DNA of 64,000 bases from Escherichia coli (GTDB taxonomy: Bacteria; Pseudomonadota; Gammaproteobacteria; Enterobacterales; Enterobacteriaceae): NCBI RefSeq assembly GCF_051903065.1, contig NZ_CP178438.1. The stretch is one strand, 5' to 3'. A model generated the notes under the pieces. It saw only the letters and a program-made list of their open reading frames with translations. It did no database searches and was not told where the DNA came from. Positions 35,585-45,005 of the stretch are shown one piece after another. Made by a program: the position numbers and the translations under genes. Position 1 is the first letter of the stretch, and each line of letters opens with the position of its first letter.

Positions 35585-36865
35585 TTAGTTACTGATAGTT
35601 TCAGGTTTGGGAAAACTGAACAGTAAATCACGATAGTACTCGTATTGTTTCTGGCGCAACTCGATTTCACGCGGGAGGCCTTCGGTGATGGAGTTTGTCA
35701 GAGTGTCGAATTTATCGAGTATTGCGACGATACGAGCTTGTTCCTTAAGTGATTTTTCGTGATCTTTAGGATATGGAACCGGAATCATAATTTTTGAAAA
35801 ACCATTAATGAGTAGTGTATTAACTTTTGTTCTGGCTACATACTTTGCTTTTTCAGAAATAAACGAATCGGTTTGCATGTAATAGGAAATAAATTTTGGA
35901 TTCAAAGAATGTCGAAAAGCATAACAGTGATCATGAATAGCGATATCGTCATCCCCAAGCCATGCCACTGCTTTACCAACGTCTTCTACAGTCTCCCCCA
36001 CGTCAGTTATCACGACATCTCCATGTTTGGCATAGCGTAATGACGCTGCCATATCAGCTCTAACCTGTGATAACGAATGAGTTGTGTAAACACCATATCG
36101 TGTATATATCTCACCATAATGGATTACACTGATACCACCATCTTCTACATAATCTGCTTTAGTAAAACGTTTTCCACGAATAAACTCACCAATTTCCCCC
36201 AAAGTCTTCCACTCAACCTCACCCTCTTTAAAACTCAACAACTGGTCGCGATAGTAGTTGTACTGTTTTTTACGCATGGTAAGCTCTGCTGTAAGCTCTG
36301 CTGTAAGCTCAGTAAATTTATCCAGAATCCGAACGATTTCAGACTGGATGGCAAGGGATTTTTCCGGATTGCCCGGGCAGGGGATGGGGATGAGTAGTTT
36401 TGACATCAATGCATTTGAGCTTAGATTCGGCTGTGCTCCGCCCCCTGCAAGGATATAAATAGTCTCTGTATTTAACAATAAAAAATGGTATAAATAATTA
36501 TTGTTTAGAATATTTTCTTTGGGTATAAATTTCCCAACACGTTGGTTAAGATAACATTTTATTCCTTTTTTATAAATTCCCACTTTTCCTGTAGTGGCAC
36601 CTGACATTGCAATCAATATATTTCCCATAGATACCTCAAAGGAGGATAAATCTTCCTTGTAATCATTTAGTGAAAAGTATTTCACCTCATCTAAGTCAAC
36701 ATTAAACCCATCTATATTTGTGATTCTAACTATCGGTAACCCAGTTTCTTTAAATAAGCTGCTTTTAAATGCAAATCCATTTTTAAAATCACAAACATCC
36801 TTCAGGGTTTTCCACTCAACCTCAACCCCATCCAGCAATTTTTCCAGATAACTCAACTCGCTCAT
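35585..36865 (-). CDS. hsdS: Type I specificity subunit HsdS (Type IC)
   Basis: Two target-recognition domains separated by the conserved …[23 protein letters not shown]… region with the TAEL repeat; ATG overlaps the hsdM stop. Confidence 0.9.
   Translation of the reverse strand: MSELSYLEKLLDGVEVEWKTLKDVCDFKNGFAFKSSLFKETGLPIVRITNIDGFNVDLDEVKYFSLNDYKEDLSSFEVSMGNILIAMSGATTGKVGIYKKGIKCYLNQRVGKFIPKENILNNNYLYHFLLLNTETIYILAGGGAQPNLSSNALMSKLLIPIPCPGNPEKSLAIQSEIVRILDKFTELTAELTAELTMRKKQYNYYRDQLLSFKEGEVEWKTLGEIGEFIRGKRFTKADYVEDGGISVIHYGEIYTRYGVYTTHSLSQVRADMAASLRYAKHGDVVITDVGETVEDVGKAVAWLGDDDIAIHDHCYAFRHSLNPKFISYYMQTDSFISEKAKYVARTKVNTLLINGFSKIMIPVPYPKDHEKSLKEQARIVAILDKFDTLTNSITEGLPREIELRQKQYEYYRDLLFSFPKPETISN
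36279..36310. repeat. 12-bp tandem repeat in hsdS (TAEL repeat, 2 copies plus a partial)
   Basis: GTAAGCTCTGCT x2 then GTAAGCTC on the plus strand, encoding TAEL-TAEL in the HsdS central region. Confidence 0.7.
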
Positions 36866-38416
36866 TTCTGCACCCCGCAGCCTTCAATTTCAGCCACAAT
36901 CGCATCAATATCTTTGCGCAACTGGTCGATTTTGCTGACCGTGGTTTTCAGCTCAGCATTCAGCTCACCGATATCGATAATTTCGCGAGTATCTTTCGCT
37001 TCAACATAGCTGCTCACCGACAGGTTATAGTCATTCGCTACAACGGCTTCAAACGCGACAGATTTCGCCAGATGAGCAACATCTTCCTTGCTGGCAAATA
37101 CCTGCATAATCTGTTCGATATGGGCATCGGTCAGGATATTGTTGTTGGTCTCTTTTTTGAACAGTTCGCTGGCGTCAATAAACTGAACTTTGGTATCGGT
37201 TTTATGTTTAGACAGCACCAGAATATTGACGGCAATAGTGGTGCCAAAGAACAGGTTCGGTGCCAGTGAAATCACGGTTTCGACATAGTTATTATCGACC
37301 AGATACTGACGGATTTTCTGCTCCGCGCCGCCACGGTAAAAAATACCCGGGAAGCAAACAATCGCAGCGCGACCTTTGGCCGAAAGATAGTTCAGCGCAT
37401 GTAGTACAAAGGCGAAGTCAGCTTTGGATTTGGGGGCCAGGACGCCAGCCGGGGCAAAACGTTCATCGTTAATCAGCGTCGGGTCATCGCTGCCAATCCA
37501 TTTCACCGAATACGGCGGGTTAGAAACGATGGCATCAAACGGTTTTTCATCTCTGAAGTGCGGCTCAGTCAGTGTATTGCCCAACTTGATATCAAACTTG
37601 TCGTAGTTGATGTTGTGCAAAAACATGTTCATACGCGCCAGGTTATAGGTCGTATGGTTGATCTCCTGACCAAAAAAGCCTTCTTCGATGATATGGTCAT
37701 CAAACTGCTTTTTCGCCTGCAACAACAGCGAACCGGAACCTGCGGCCGGGTCGTAGATTTTGTTAACGTGGGTCTGCCCGTGCATAGCCAGTTGTGCAAT
37801 CAGCTTAGAGACGTGCTGCGGTGTAAAGAACTCGCCGCCTGACTTACCAGCATTCGCGGCATAGTTAGAAATCAGGAACTCATAGGCATCGCCGAACAGG
37901 TCAATCTGATGTTCGTTAAAGTCGCCAAGCTTTAACCCTTCAACCCCTTTCAGAACCGCAGCCAGGCGGGCATTTTTATCCTTAACGGTGTTACCCAGGC
38001 GGTTACTGGTGGTATCGAAATCAGCAAACAAACCTTTGATGTCAGCTTCTGAAGGGTAACCGTAAGCAGAACTTTCGATAGCAACGAAGATGCTGTTTAA
38101 ATCTGCATTCAGTCTGTCATTGGTATTTGCTTTCGCAGCTACGTTGCAGAAAAGCTGACTTGGGTAGATGAAGTAGCCTTTGGTTTTGATGGCATCGTCT
38201 TTAATGTCATCAGTTATTACGCTGTCATCCAGTTTCGCATAACAGATACTGTCATCACCGGCTTCAATATAGCTGGAAAAATTTTCGCTGATAAAACGGT
38301 AGAAAAGCGCGCCCAGAACGTATTGCTTAAAGTCCCATCCATCGACCGAACCTCTGACATCGTTAGCAATTTGCCAGATCTGGCGATGAAGCTCCGCGCT
38401 GCTGAAGACTGGTCAT
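36862..38416 (-). CDS. hsdM: Type I methyltransferase HsdM (Type IC), apparent frameshift near codon 8
   Basis: C-terminal 389 aa intact (NPPY motif, …[11 protein letters not shown]…). ATG 38416-38414 with AAGGA RBS reads MTSLQQR, but the conserved …[23 protein letters not shown]… continues in another frame. Confidence 0.8.
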
Positions 38417-38722
38417 TTTTTATCCTTTGAATGTGTTTTTAACGTCGGCTTTTGCCGGGATTTTACCGGAAGTTGTTTGGTTTTTCAGATTTGTATGACG
38501 GTGAGGAGGGGATTCAGTACCAGATTGTTAGTGCATCTTACTCAGCATTCACCGCTTGAGTCAGGAGGCTACTTTATATGCCCATCGCCCATCCGTAGGT
38601 GATCAGATAATTTATTGCGAGTCACCTTCCCGATTTTCAATCTCATTATTTACCCAATCTTTCACCAGTGGATAATTCGTCTGCTACTAACGGCGAGTGT
38701 ATTTTTTTACGGATGAAAGATT

Positions 38723-39556
38723 ATGCAAACAGAAGCTGAAGTCTTAACCGATCATAACGAACTAATTTGCTCGACCAGTATTGAGCGTATCGTCACAGGA
38801 CGTGATAGTGCACTGAACCAGATAGCGGCGTTAATCCAAAAGCTTGATGATATCTCCAGCCTGACATCCAGTATTGGCGGTGATGTGGCTGGAACCTGGG
38901 CAATGCGTAATGGATATGCCTTTGATTGCTGGCTGATGCAGCCAACCGACAAAGCGATGCCGGTGATCACCCGAAATATCGATCGCAGTATCTGGCGCGA
39001 TCTCATGCTGAAGTCCGGTATGTTGACTCTGATGGATGCCGAAGCTCGCAGTCAGTGGGCAAAGAATCTGGAGGAGGGCGATCTCCCGGCGATTAGCGAA
39101 GCCAACATCCTGAGTACCTTTGAACAACTTCACCACAATAAGCAGGATGTTTTCGAACGTGGGATTATCAATGTATTTAAGGGATTGAGCTGGGATTACA
39201 AAACCAATAATCCCTGTTATTTCGGTAAGAAGATTATCGTTAACAATCTGGTGAAGCATGACCGATGGGGCTACAGCCTGCACTGGGGCTGGCGGCGAGA
39301 TCAGCTTGCCGATCTGGAACGGATGTTCTATCTGCTGGATGGGAAGGTCATTCCCGATAACCGGCATGATGTTGCGATTCGGTTTATGGACTTCGTTAGT
39401 GCTCACCCGCATGAGCAGGTATTTAATGACGATTTATTTGTCATCCGCTATTACCAGAAAGGCAGTGGGCATATCACATTCAAGCGACTGGATCTGGTGG
39501 ATAAGATGAATGACATTGTGGCGAAGCACTATCCGTCAGCGTTATCAGCAAAATGA
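38723..39556 (+). CDS. Hypothetical protein (277 aa) upstream of the McrBC-like pair
   Basis: ORF with ATG start, same strand as the McrBC-like genes, separated from them by about 360 bp; no catalytic motif recognised. Confidence 0.5.
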   Translation: MQTEAEVLTDHNELICSTSIERIVTGRDSALNQIAALIQKLDDISSLTSSIGGDVAGTWAMRNGYAFDCWLMQPTDKAMPVITRNIDRSIWRDLMLKSGMLTLMDAEARSQWAKNLEEGDLPAISEANILSTFEQLHHNKQDVFERGIINVFKGLSWDYKTNNPCYFGKKIIVNNLVKHDRWGYSLHWGWRRDQLADLERMFYLLDGKVIPDNRHDVAIRFMDFVSAHPHEQVFNDDLFVIRYYQKGSGHITFKRLDLVDKMNDIVAKHYPSALSAK

Positions 39557-39914
39557 ATGTCGTATGTTTGCTGTCAATAATGTCGTTACTGGAACCCTCT
39601 GAATTTCGGCATATCCATTTACTGGAAACGATGTTTACCTAAAAACAGTTGATTCCCTATGCAACTAGAAACCTCACACAGGTTGAAAAACGAGTAGCGA
39701 TTTTACGTATGAAAGAATGCTATAGCCTTCTCTGAGAGCCATCAACATCATGCGTTTTGCAGTTAAGTCATCAGATAAATGTGGTGGCTCCAGGGCAGAA
39801 GGTAATTTCAGGATGAAAGTTATTTTTTTTATCACAAAATTTAACATTTTTGAGATTAATCCGATAAGATAAGGCTATCCCAATTTCCCTCCCCCCTACA
39901 TATTGGATTAAGAG

Positions 39915-41969
39915 ATGGTTCAGGATTCATCAGCATTAGCCCCCTTCTTTCGTGCTCAAATTGAAAAAAATAATCAATACAATTCAGTTTGGGGCAAACA
40001 CTACCGCCAGCTTGTAGAACAGATTCAGGCCGAAAAACCAAACTTTTCTGAAGCCACGATTCGGCAGGTATGGTATGAACGTGACAATGGTGTCTCCAGC
40101 CTGATGCAAGGAGGGATGTCATTGGTTGAATTTGAAAATGCACAAAAAGACCTTCTAACGCTCACCCGTCAGATAGCAGAAGAGTGTACACAAGAAAATT
40201 ATAATCGGGTCATTGAACGCCTTATCAAACTTAAAGCGGACGGAGTATTAAATAAGGTATATAGGGCTCTTTGTAATCGTGCTTTTGCAGCAATATACCC
40301 ATCAAAAATTAGCAGTGTCGTGAATGTTAATAATTTTTTTAGTTGCTACAATTATTGCAACAACCATTTCCAGCTAGGTCTTTCCGGAGAACGGGAGTGG
40401 CTGGCTCGCAATGTTGATCTTAAAGAAACGCTAAATCGTGCGCTGGGTGATGATATCGACCCTATTGAGCTGAATATGTCACTTTGGCATCTCTATGCGT
40501 ATGAAATTCAGGATAAAAATGCTATCGGTTTAGTTGGAAGCGAAAGTGCTTTACAAGAAAATGAGCAAGAAGATGATGTTATAAGTTCGCCATTGCCTAA
40601 AAACACAATTCTCTATGGCCCGCCAGGTACAGGTAAAACATATCGTACTATTGAGCTTGCTGTACAAATTTGTGATCCGATCGCTTACTCCCTGCAGGAG
40701 GGTAAGGATGAGAGTGAAAAACGTCGCGAGTTGAAAAAGATTTATGATCAGCTTATCAAAGAAAATCGAGTGCGTTTTATCACCTTTCATCAGAGCTTTG
40801 GTTATGAAGAGTTTATTGAAGGTTTAAGAGCTGAGACTACTGATGACGGTAATGTAAAATACGAAATAAAGGCAGGTATTTTTAAGCAGATATGCGAGGA
40901 TGCCGCCTTTGGTCATGCTGGTGCGCAGGAAATGTTAGATAGCGCACTTACTCGCCTACAAGAACGTTTATCTGAAGGTGAAAATATCACGCTGGAAACA
41001 CAACAGGGTAAGGCCTTCCAGCTGACGTATAAAAGTCAAACCAACTTTGGAATTTTCCCGTCACAATCGAAAAAAGAGGATTTAGGACAGGGTTACAATG
41101 CCTATTTGAAGGATATTCGGCAAGTTTATCAGGATCCACGAGCAAAAGTACATAATCCATCTTATGTACGCAGTATCCTTAACTATTTAATTAATCAACG
41201 TTATCTGCCTCTGAATACTCAGAGCGTAGCTTCAGAAAAAAAGGAAAACTATGTTCTCATTATTGATGAAATAAATCGGGGTAATATTTCAAAAATTTTC
41301 GGTGAACTAATTACCCTTATTGAGCCATCTAAACGGGCTGGTGAGCCAGAATCGCTTAGCGTATTGCTGCCATACTCTTCCACTCCATTTAGTGTGCCGA
41401 ATAACCTTTATTTAATTGGTACCATGAACACTGCTGATCATTCGCTTACTGCACTTGATACTGCACTACGTCGCAGATTTGATTTTGAAGCGATGCTGCC
41501 AGATATTACTGTTCTGAAAGATACTGTCATTAAAGGTATTGATCTGCCTCGTCTATTGCAGACGCTTAACGATCGCATCCAGGTTTTATACGATAGAGAA
41601 CATATGCTGGGGCATGCTTTTTTTATCCCTGTTGTGCAGGCAAAAGAAGACGAAGCTCTGGCATTTGAAAGATTCAAACGGATTATGCGAAATAAGATAC
41701 TACCATTGCTGGAAGAATATTTTTACAATGACTGGCAAAAAATTCGCATGGTACTGGCTGATAACCAAAAAGAGGAAGCACCAGATCTTCAATTTGTACG
41801 TGAGGTGAAATACCAGAAAAAGTATGCCGATCTCTTTGGTGATAACGGAACAGATGACTTGGGAACCAGTTTTCACCTGGCAGCAGAGGATGACAACGTT
41901 TGGGACAATCCAATCGCCTGGCAGCAAATTTATGCACCTCAAAAAGAAAAACGCAGGAGTGCGGAATGA
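39915..41969 (+). CDS. McrB-family AAA+ GTPase with non-canonical N-terminal domain
   Basis: 684 aa; Walker A LYGPPGTGKT, Walker B LIIDEINRGN, McrB-type GTMNTAD motif; the first ~230 aa is a helical region of unknown type. Confidence 0.85.
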   Translation: MVQDSSALAPFFRAQIEKNNQYNSVWGKHYRQLVEQIQAEKPNFSEATIRQVWYERDNGVSSLMQGGMSLVEFENAQKDLLTLTRQIAEECTQENYNRVIERLIKLKADGVLNKVYRALCNRAFAAIYPSKISSVVNVNNFFSCYNYCNNHFQLGLSGEREWLARNVDLKETLNRALGDDIDPIELNMSLWHLYAYEIQDKNAIGLVGSESALQENEQEDDVISSPLPKNTILYGPPGTGKTYRTIELAVQICDPIAYSLQEGKDESEKRRELKKIYDQLIKENRVRFITFHQSFGYEEFIEGLRAETTDDGNVKYEIKAGIFKQICEDAAFGHAGAQEMLDSALTRLQERLSEGENITLETQQGKAFQLTYKSQTNFGIFPSQSKKEDLGQGYNAYLKDIRQVYQDPRAKVHNPSYVRSILNYLINQRYLPLNTQSVASEKKENYVLIIDEINRGNISKIFGELITLIEPSKRAGEPESLSVLLPYSSTPFSVPNNLYLIGTMNTADHSLTALDTALRRRFDFEAMLPDITVLKDTVIKGIDLPRLLQTLNDRIQVLYDREHMLGHAFFIPVVQAKEDEALAFERFKRIMRNKILPLLEEYFYNDWQKIRMVLADNQKEEAPDLQFVREVKYQKKYADLFGDNGTDDLGTSFHLAAEDDNVWDNPIAWQQIYAPQKEKRRSAE

Positions 41970-43276
41970 AATCTTCCAGTCATTTCACTGTGTTCGAATA
42001 CGGGCATTTAGTGAGTGAGGAAGGTGATGCCCGTATAAATAATGCGGTAGTGCTACCTGCAGACCTATTTAAATGGCTTGAGCTGCGCTGTCTGAAAGAC
42101 GATGCTGATAATACTCATCGTTTGCTCACCCTTAGCAGCCGGAATGGAGTAAAAACGCTGCAGGTAAAAAACTATGCAGGAGTAATCTCACTGCCAGGGG
42201 GGCGATTTCTCGAAATCCTGCCTAAAACAGGTCAGGATAATGAGGATACTGTTCGTCAACAAATACTGATGATGTTACGTACGTTAAAATCATTTCGTCA
42301 TATTGCCTCCTCTGAATCTGGCGTCAAAATATCTAAAATGCCTCTGATGGACATCTTTATTCAACAATTTATAGAGAGCGTGCGTAAGATTGTGCAGAGA
42401 GGGTTAAAACGTGACTATTTACGTCAGGAAGATAATCTTCCATGGATAAAAGGAAGATTACGGATCTCTGCACAATTAAGCAAAAACTGTATTAGGCGGG
42501 ATCTTTTTCAGGTGGAGTATGACGAGTACAGCGTCAATCGTCTGGAAAACCGGATACTCAAAACTGCAATCAATAAGATTAGTCGCCAGACCAGTAATCC
42601 ACAATTATTACAGCAGATAACACAGCTGCAGTTTCACTTTGAAAATATCACGTCAGTTCATGATGCTTATATAGCTTTCGAGCAGTTACACTTTGATAGA
42701 CACATGCATCACTATGAGCAAGCATTAGCGTGGGCGAAGATGATTTTATTGGGCGATTCTCCACACTGTATGTATGGGGATGTTAATGCTTTTTCACTGC
42801 TTTTCCCGATGGAGGCTGTTTTTGAATCTTTTGTGACGACATGGATGCGTTATCGTTATTATGATAAATGGCGAGTGGACGCACAGGTAAGTTCAAAAAA
42901 TCTGATTAGTTATAACGGTAAAGCTTTATTTAAGCTGCGGCCTGATATTTGTTTACGGCCTCGTAAAAGTACTACTGGTTCAGTTATTACCTGTGATATT
43001 AAATGGAAGATAGTAAATGGCAGAAAGGACAGTCTTGAACAATCTCAAGCCGATCTCTACCAAATGCTTGCCTATGGATTGAATTACCAGGAGGGGGAAG
43101 GTGATATGATTTTGATATACCCCTATCATAACGGATTTAATCAGCCATCTCCTCATCCTTATGAATTTAGCCATCAGAAGGAAAATAGGTTACGTTTATG
43201 GGTTGTACCTTTCTTTATTGGCGAGAGTTTACAGACATCAGAGTTGCATTTTCCTAGTGGGGCTGAATTTATTTAG
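41966..43276 (+). CDS. McrC-family nuclease partner
   Basis: ATG overlaps the mcrB-like stop (ATGA); C-terminal PD-(D/E)xK-like …RPDICL…CDIKWK…; size and linkage typical of McrC. Confidence 0.75.
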   Translation: MKSSSHFTVFEYGHLVSEEGDARINNAVVLPADLFKWLELRCLKDDADNTHRLLTLSSRNGVKTLQVKNYAGVISLPGGRFLEILPKTGQDNEDTVRQQILMMLRTLKSFRHIASSESGVKISKMPLMDIFIQQFIESVRKIVQRGLKRDYLRQEDNLPWIKGRLRISAQLSKNCIRRDLFQVEYDEYSVNRLENRILKTAINKISRQTSNPQLLQQITQLQFHFENITSVHDAYIAFEQLHFDRHMHHYEQALAWAKMILLGDSPHCMYGDVNAFSLLFPMEAVFESFVTTWMRYRYYDKWRVDAQVSSKNLISYNGKALFKLRPDICLRPRKSTTGSVITCDIKWKIVNGRKDSLEQSQADLYQMLAYGLNYQEGEGDMILIYPYHNGFNQPSPHPYEFSHQKENRLRLWVVPFFIGESLQTSELHFPSGAEFI

Positions 43277-43338
43277 TATTTGTAGGCTATCTCTTTATAC
43301 AATTTATTTGTCTATTTGTATGCACAAGATAGCCTACC

Positions 43339-44268
43339 TCACCCCCTAAAAACCTCTTTCCGATGCCACTCCACAAACCCCTCAAAAGGGTAATTTTTAC
43401 GCACCTGTGGCAACGCAATAGTTTTCCCGTCAAAATCCCAGAATAATCTCTCAACGATCCCTCCGCCGTTTACCGCATCCGAGACCAGTATCCGCATATT
43501 TTCATCCAGGCCAATCGATCCTTTATCAAAGGCTTTATGGTGTATTGCGCAAAGTGCCAGACCATTGGGGATTTCACAAGGGCCGCCGTGCTGTTTCCAT
43601 TTTATATGCGCCGCTTCCAGCGCGACGGTGGTGTCGTCGTGGCGCATATTAAAGCCACATATCGCGCACTGGTATTTATAAGCGCGTAATACATTTTTGC
43701 GAAATAACGGGTCGCGCTGTTTACGGATTTGCTGGAGATCAAAACCCAGCTCGTCAGCAATTTCTTCCTGAATACTCTCGGTGAAGTGCGCTTCGAGTAT
43801 CTGTTGCGCCAGAGTATTGATGAGTTTTTTATTGCCGGTTACCAGGGCGTAGTGCTGTTCATCGAAACCGCCTGCAACGTGGTATTCGTTCAGTTCCTTC
43901 ACTGGCGGTTGTCGGCTGCTCCCTGCTGTTGAGCAACGCTCGGCATTGTGTAATTGCCAGAATCCGTCGCCTTGTAATCGCCAGAACGGCATATCAGGTC
44001 GGTACTGTGAACGCTGTGGCCCAAAACGTTCCAGTAAACTGTGCAGAGGTTCGTAGATTTCCGAGCCATAATCGAAAAGGCGCGGATGTCCATGCAGGTA
44101 TCCCGCTAATACGTATAGCAATAACAATGGCTTATGCGGCGCGCGCTGTTCACCCTTATGCCAGATTTTTATATTGGCAATTGCCTGCTGTAGCGATTTA
44201 CTGGAAGCCATTGATATCCCTGGCAGTGAAATAATTGCGATCATGCTCGCAAATTTTCTGCTGTTCAA
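43339..44268 (-). CDS. HNH endonuclease (HNH_2-type, putative restriction enzyme)
   Basis: C-terminal …YKYQCAICGF…AAHIKWKQHGGP…NGLALCAIHHKAFDKG…; about 190-aa N-terminal domain of unknown function; start may be an internal Met. Confidence 0.65.
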   Translation of the reverse strand: MNSRKFASMIAIISLPGISMASSKSLQQAIANIKIWHKGEQRAPHKPLLLLYVLAGYLHGHPRLFDYGSEIYEPLHSLLERFGPQRSQYRPDMPFWRLQGDGFWQLHNAERCSTAGSSRQPPVKELNEYHVAGGFDEQHYALVTGNKKLINTLAQQILEAHFTESIQEEIADELGFDLQQIRKQRDPLFRKNVLRAYKYQCAICGFNMRHDDTTVALEAAHIKWKQHGGPCEIPNGLALCAIHHKAFDKGSIGLDENMRILVSDAVNGGGIVERLFWDFDGKTIALPQVRKNYPFEGFVEWHRKEVFRG

Positions 44269-44347
44269 GCCTGCAAGTGAAGATATATTACTTTGATCTC
44301 ATTTGTTTTTTTGCTGCTTGTTCTGAGAACGTATAAGGACATTCTCT

Positions 44348-44998
44348 ATGAATAAACTCCCCGATCATCTTCCGCGGCGGTATATTATCGAAGCTATTCA
44401 TTTATGGGATGCGGGAGAAACTCATCAGTTCCAGCCTGCACGGTTGTATGAGATTGAATATCATGGCCGACGTTACCCCTCGAAGGCGATTGCTGGCATC
44501 GCAGCGACATTGATGACGGGGACGCAATTTACCCCTGCGGATTTCACCGGCGGAATAAAATCTAAATGCGTCAAGCTACTTATAGATCAGGGATTTCATA
44601 TTCATCAGGATAAAGCCGCTGCGGCTCCCATAGCCGATGTTCTGTTCCCGGATGAGTTGCCGTCGCAGGGGACCTACGTTGAAGGTGCGGCGATAAAGGT
44701 GACGGTAAACAGCTATGAACGCGATAAAAACGCTCGCGAGAAAGCAGTCGAATATCACGGATGCCAGTGCAACGTATGCGGCGTTGATCTGGTGAAGATC
44801 TATGGCGATATCGCTGAGGGCTTTATCCATATGCATCACCTGGTGCCGCTTTCAGCCATTAAAGAGGATTACCTGCTGGATCCAGTTAATGATTTACTTC
44901 CTGTGTGCCCTAATTGCCATGCGATGTTGCACCGACGCAAACCACCGTTTACGCCGGAGGAGTTAAAAGCGTTGATGGATGCGAATAAATCAAATTAA
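44348..44998 (+). CDS. HNH endonuclease with N-terminal putative DNA-recognition domain
   Basis: …CQCNVCGVDL…HMHHLVPLS…PVCPNCHAMLHR… is a classic HNH; about 110-aa N-terminal domain unassigned. Confidence 0.7.
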   Translation: MNKLPDHLPRRYIIEAIHLWDAGETHQFQPARLYEIEYHGRRYPSKAIAGIAATLMTGTQFTPADFTGGIKSKCVKLLIDQGFHIHQDKAAAAPIADVLFPDELPSQGTYVEGAAIKVTVNSYERDKNAREKAVEYHGCQCNVCGVDLVKIYGDIAEGFIHMHHLVPLSAIKEDYLLDPVNDLLPVCPNCHAMLHRRKPPFTPEELKALMDANKSN

Positions 44999-45005
44999 TG
45001 AACGC

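Noticed and set aside
38831-39412. 193-aa ORF on the minus strand
   Set aside because: Antisense to the 38723-39556 gene; no RBS and no recognisable features; the plus-strand ORF is longer and has a canonical start.
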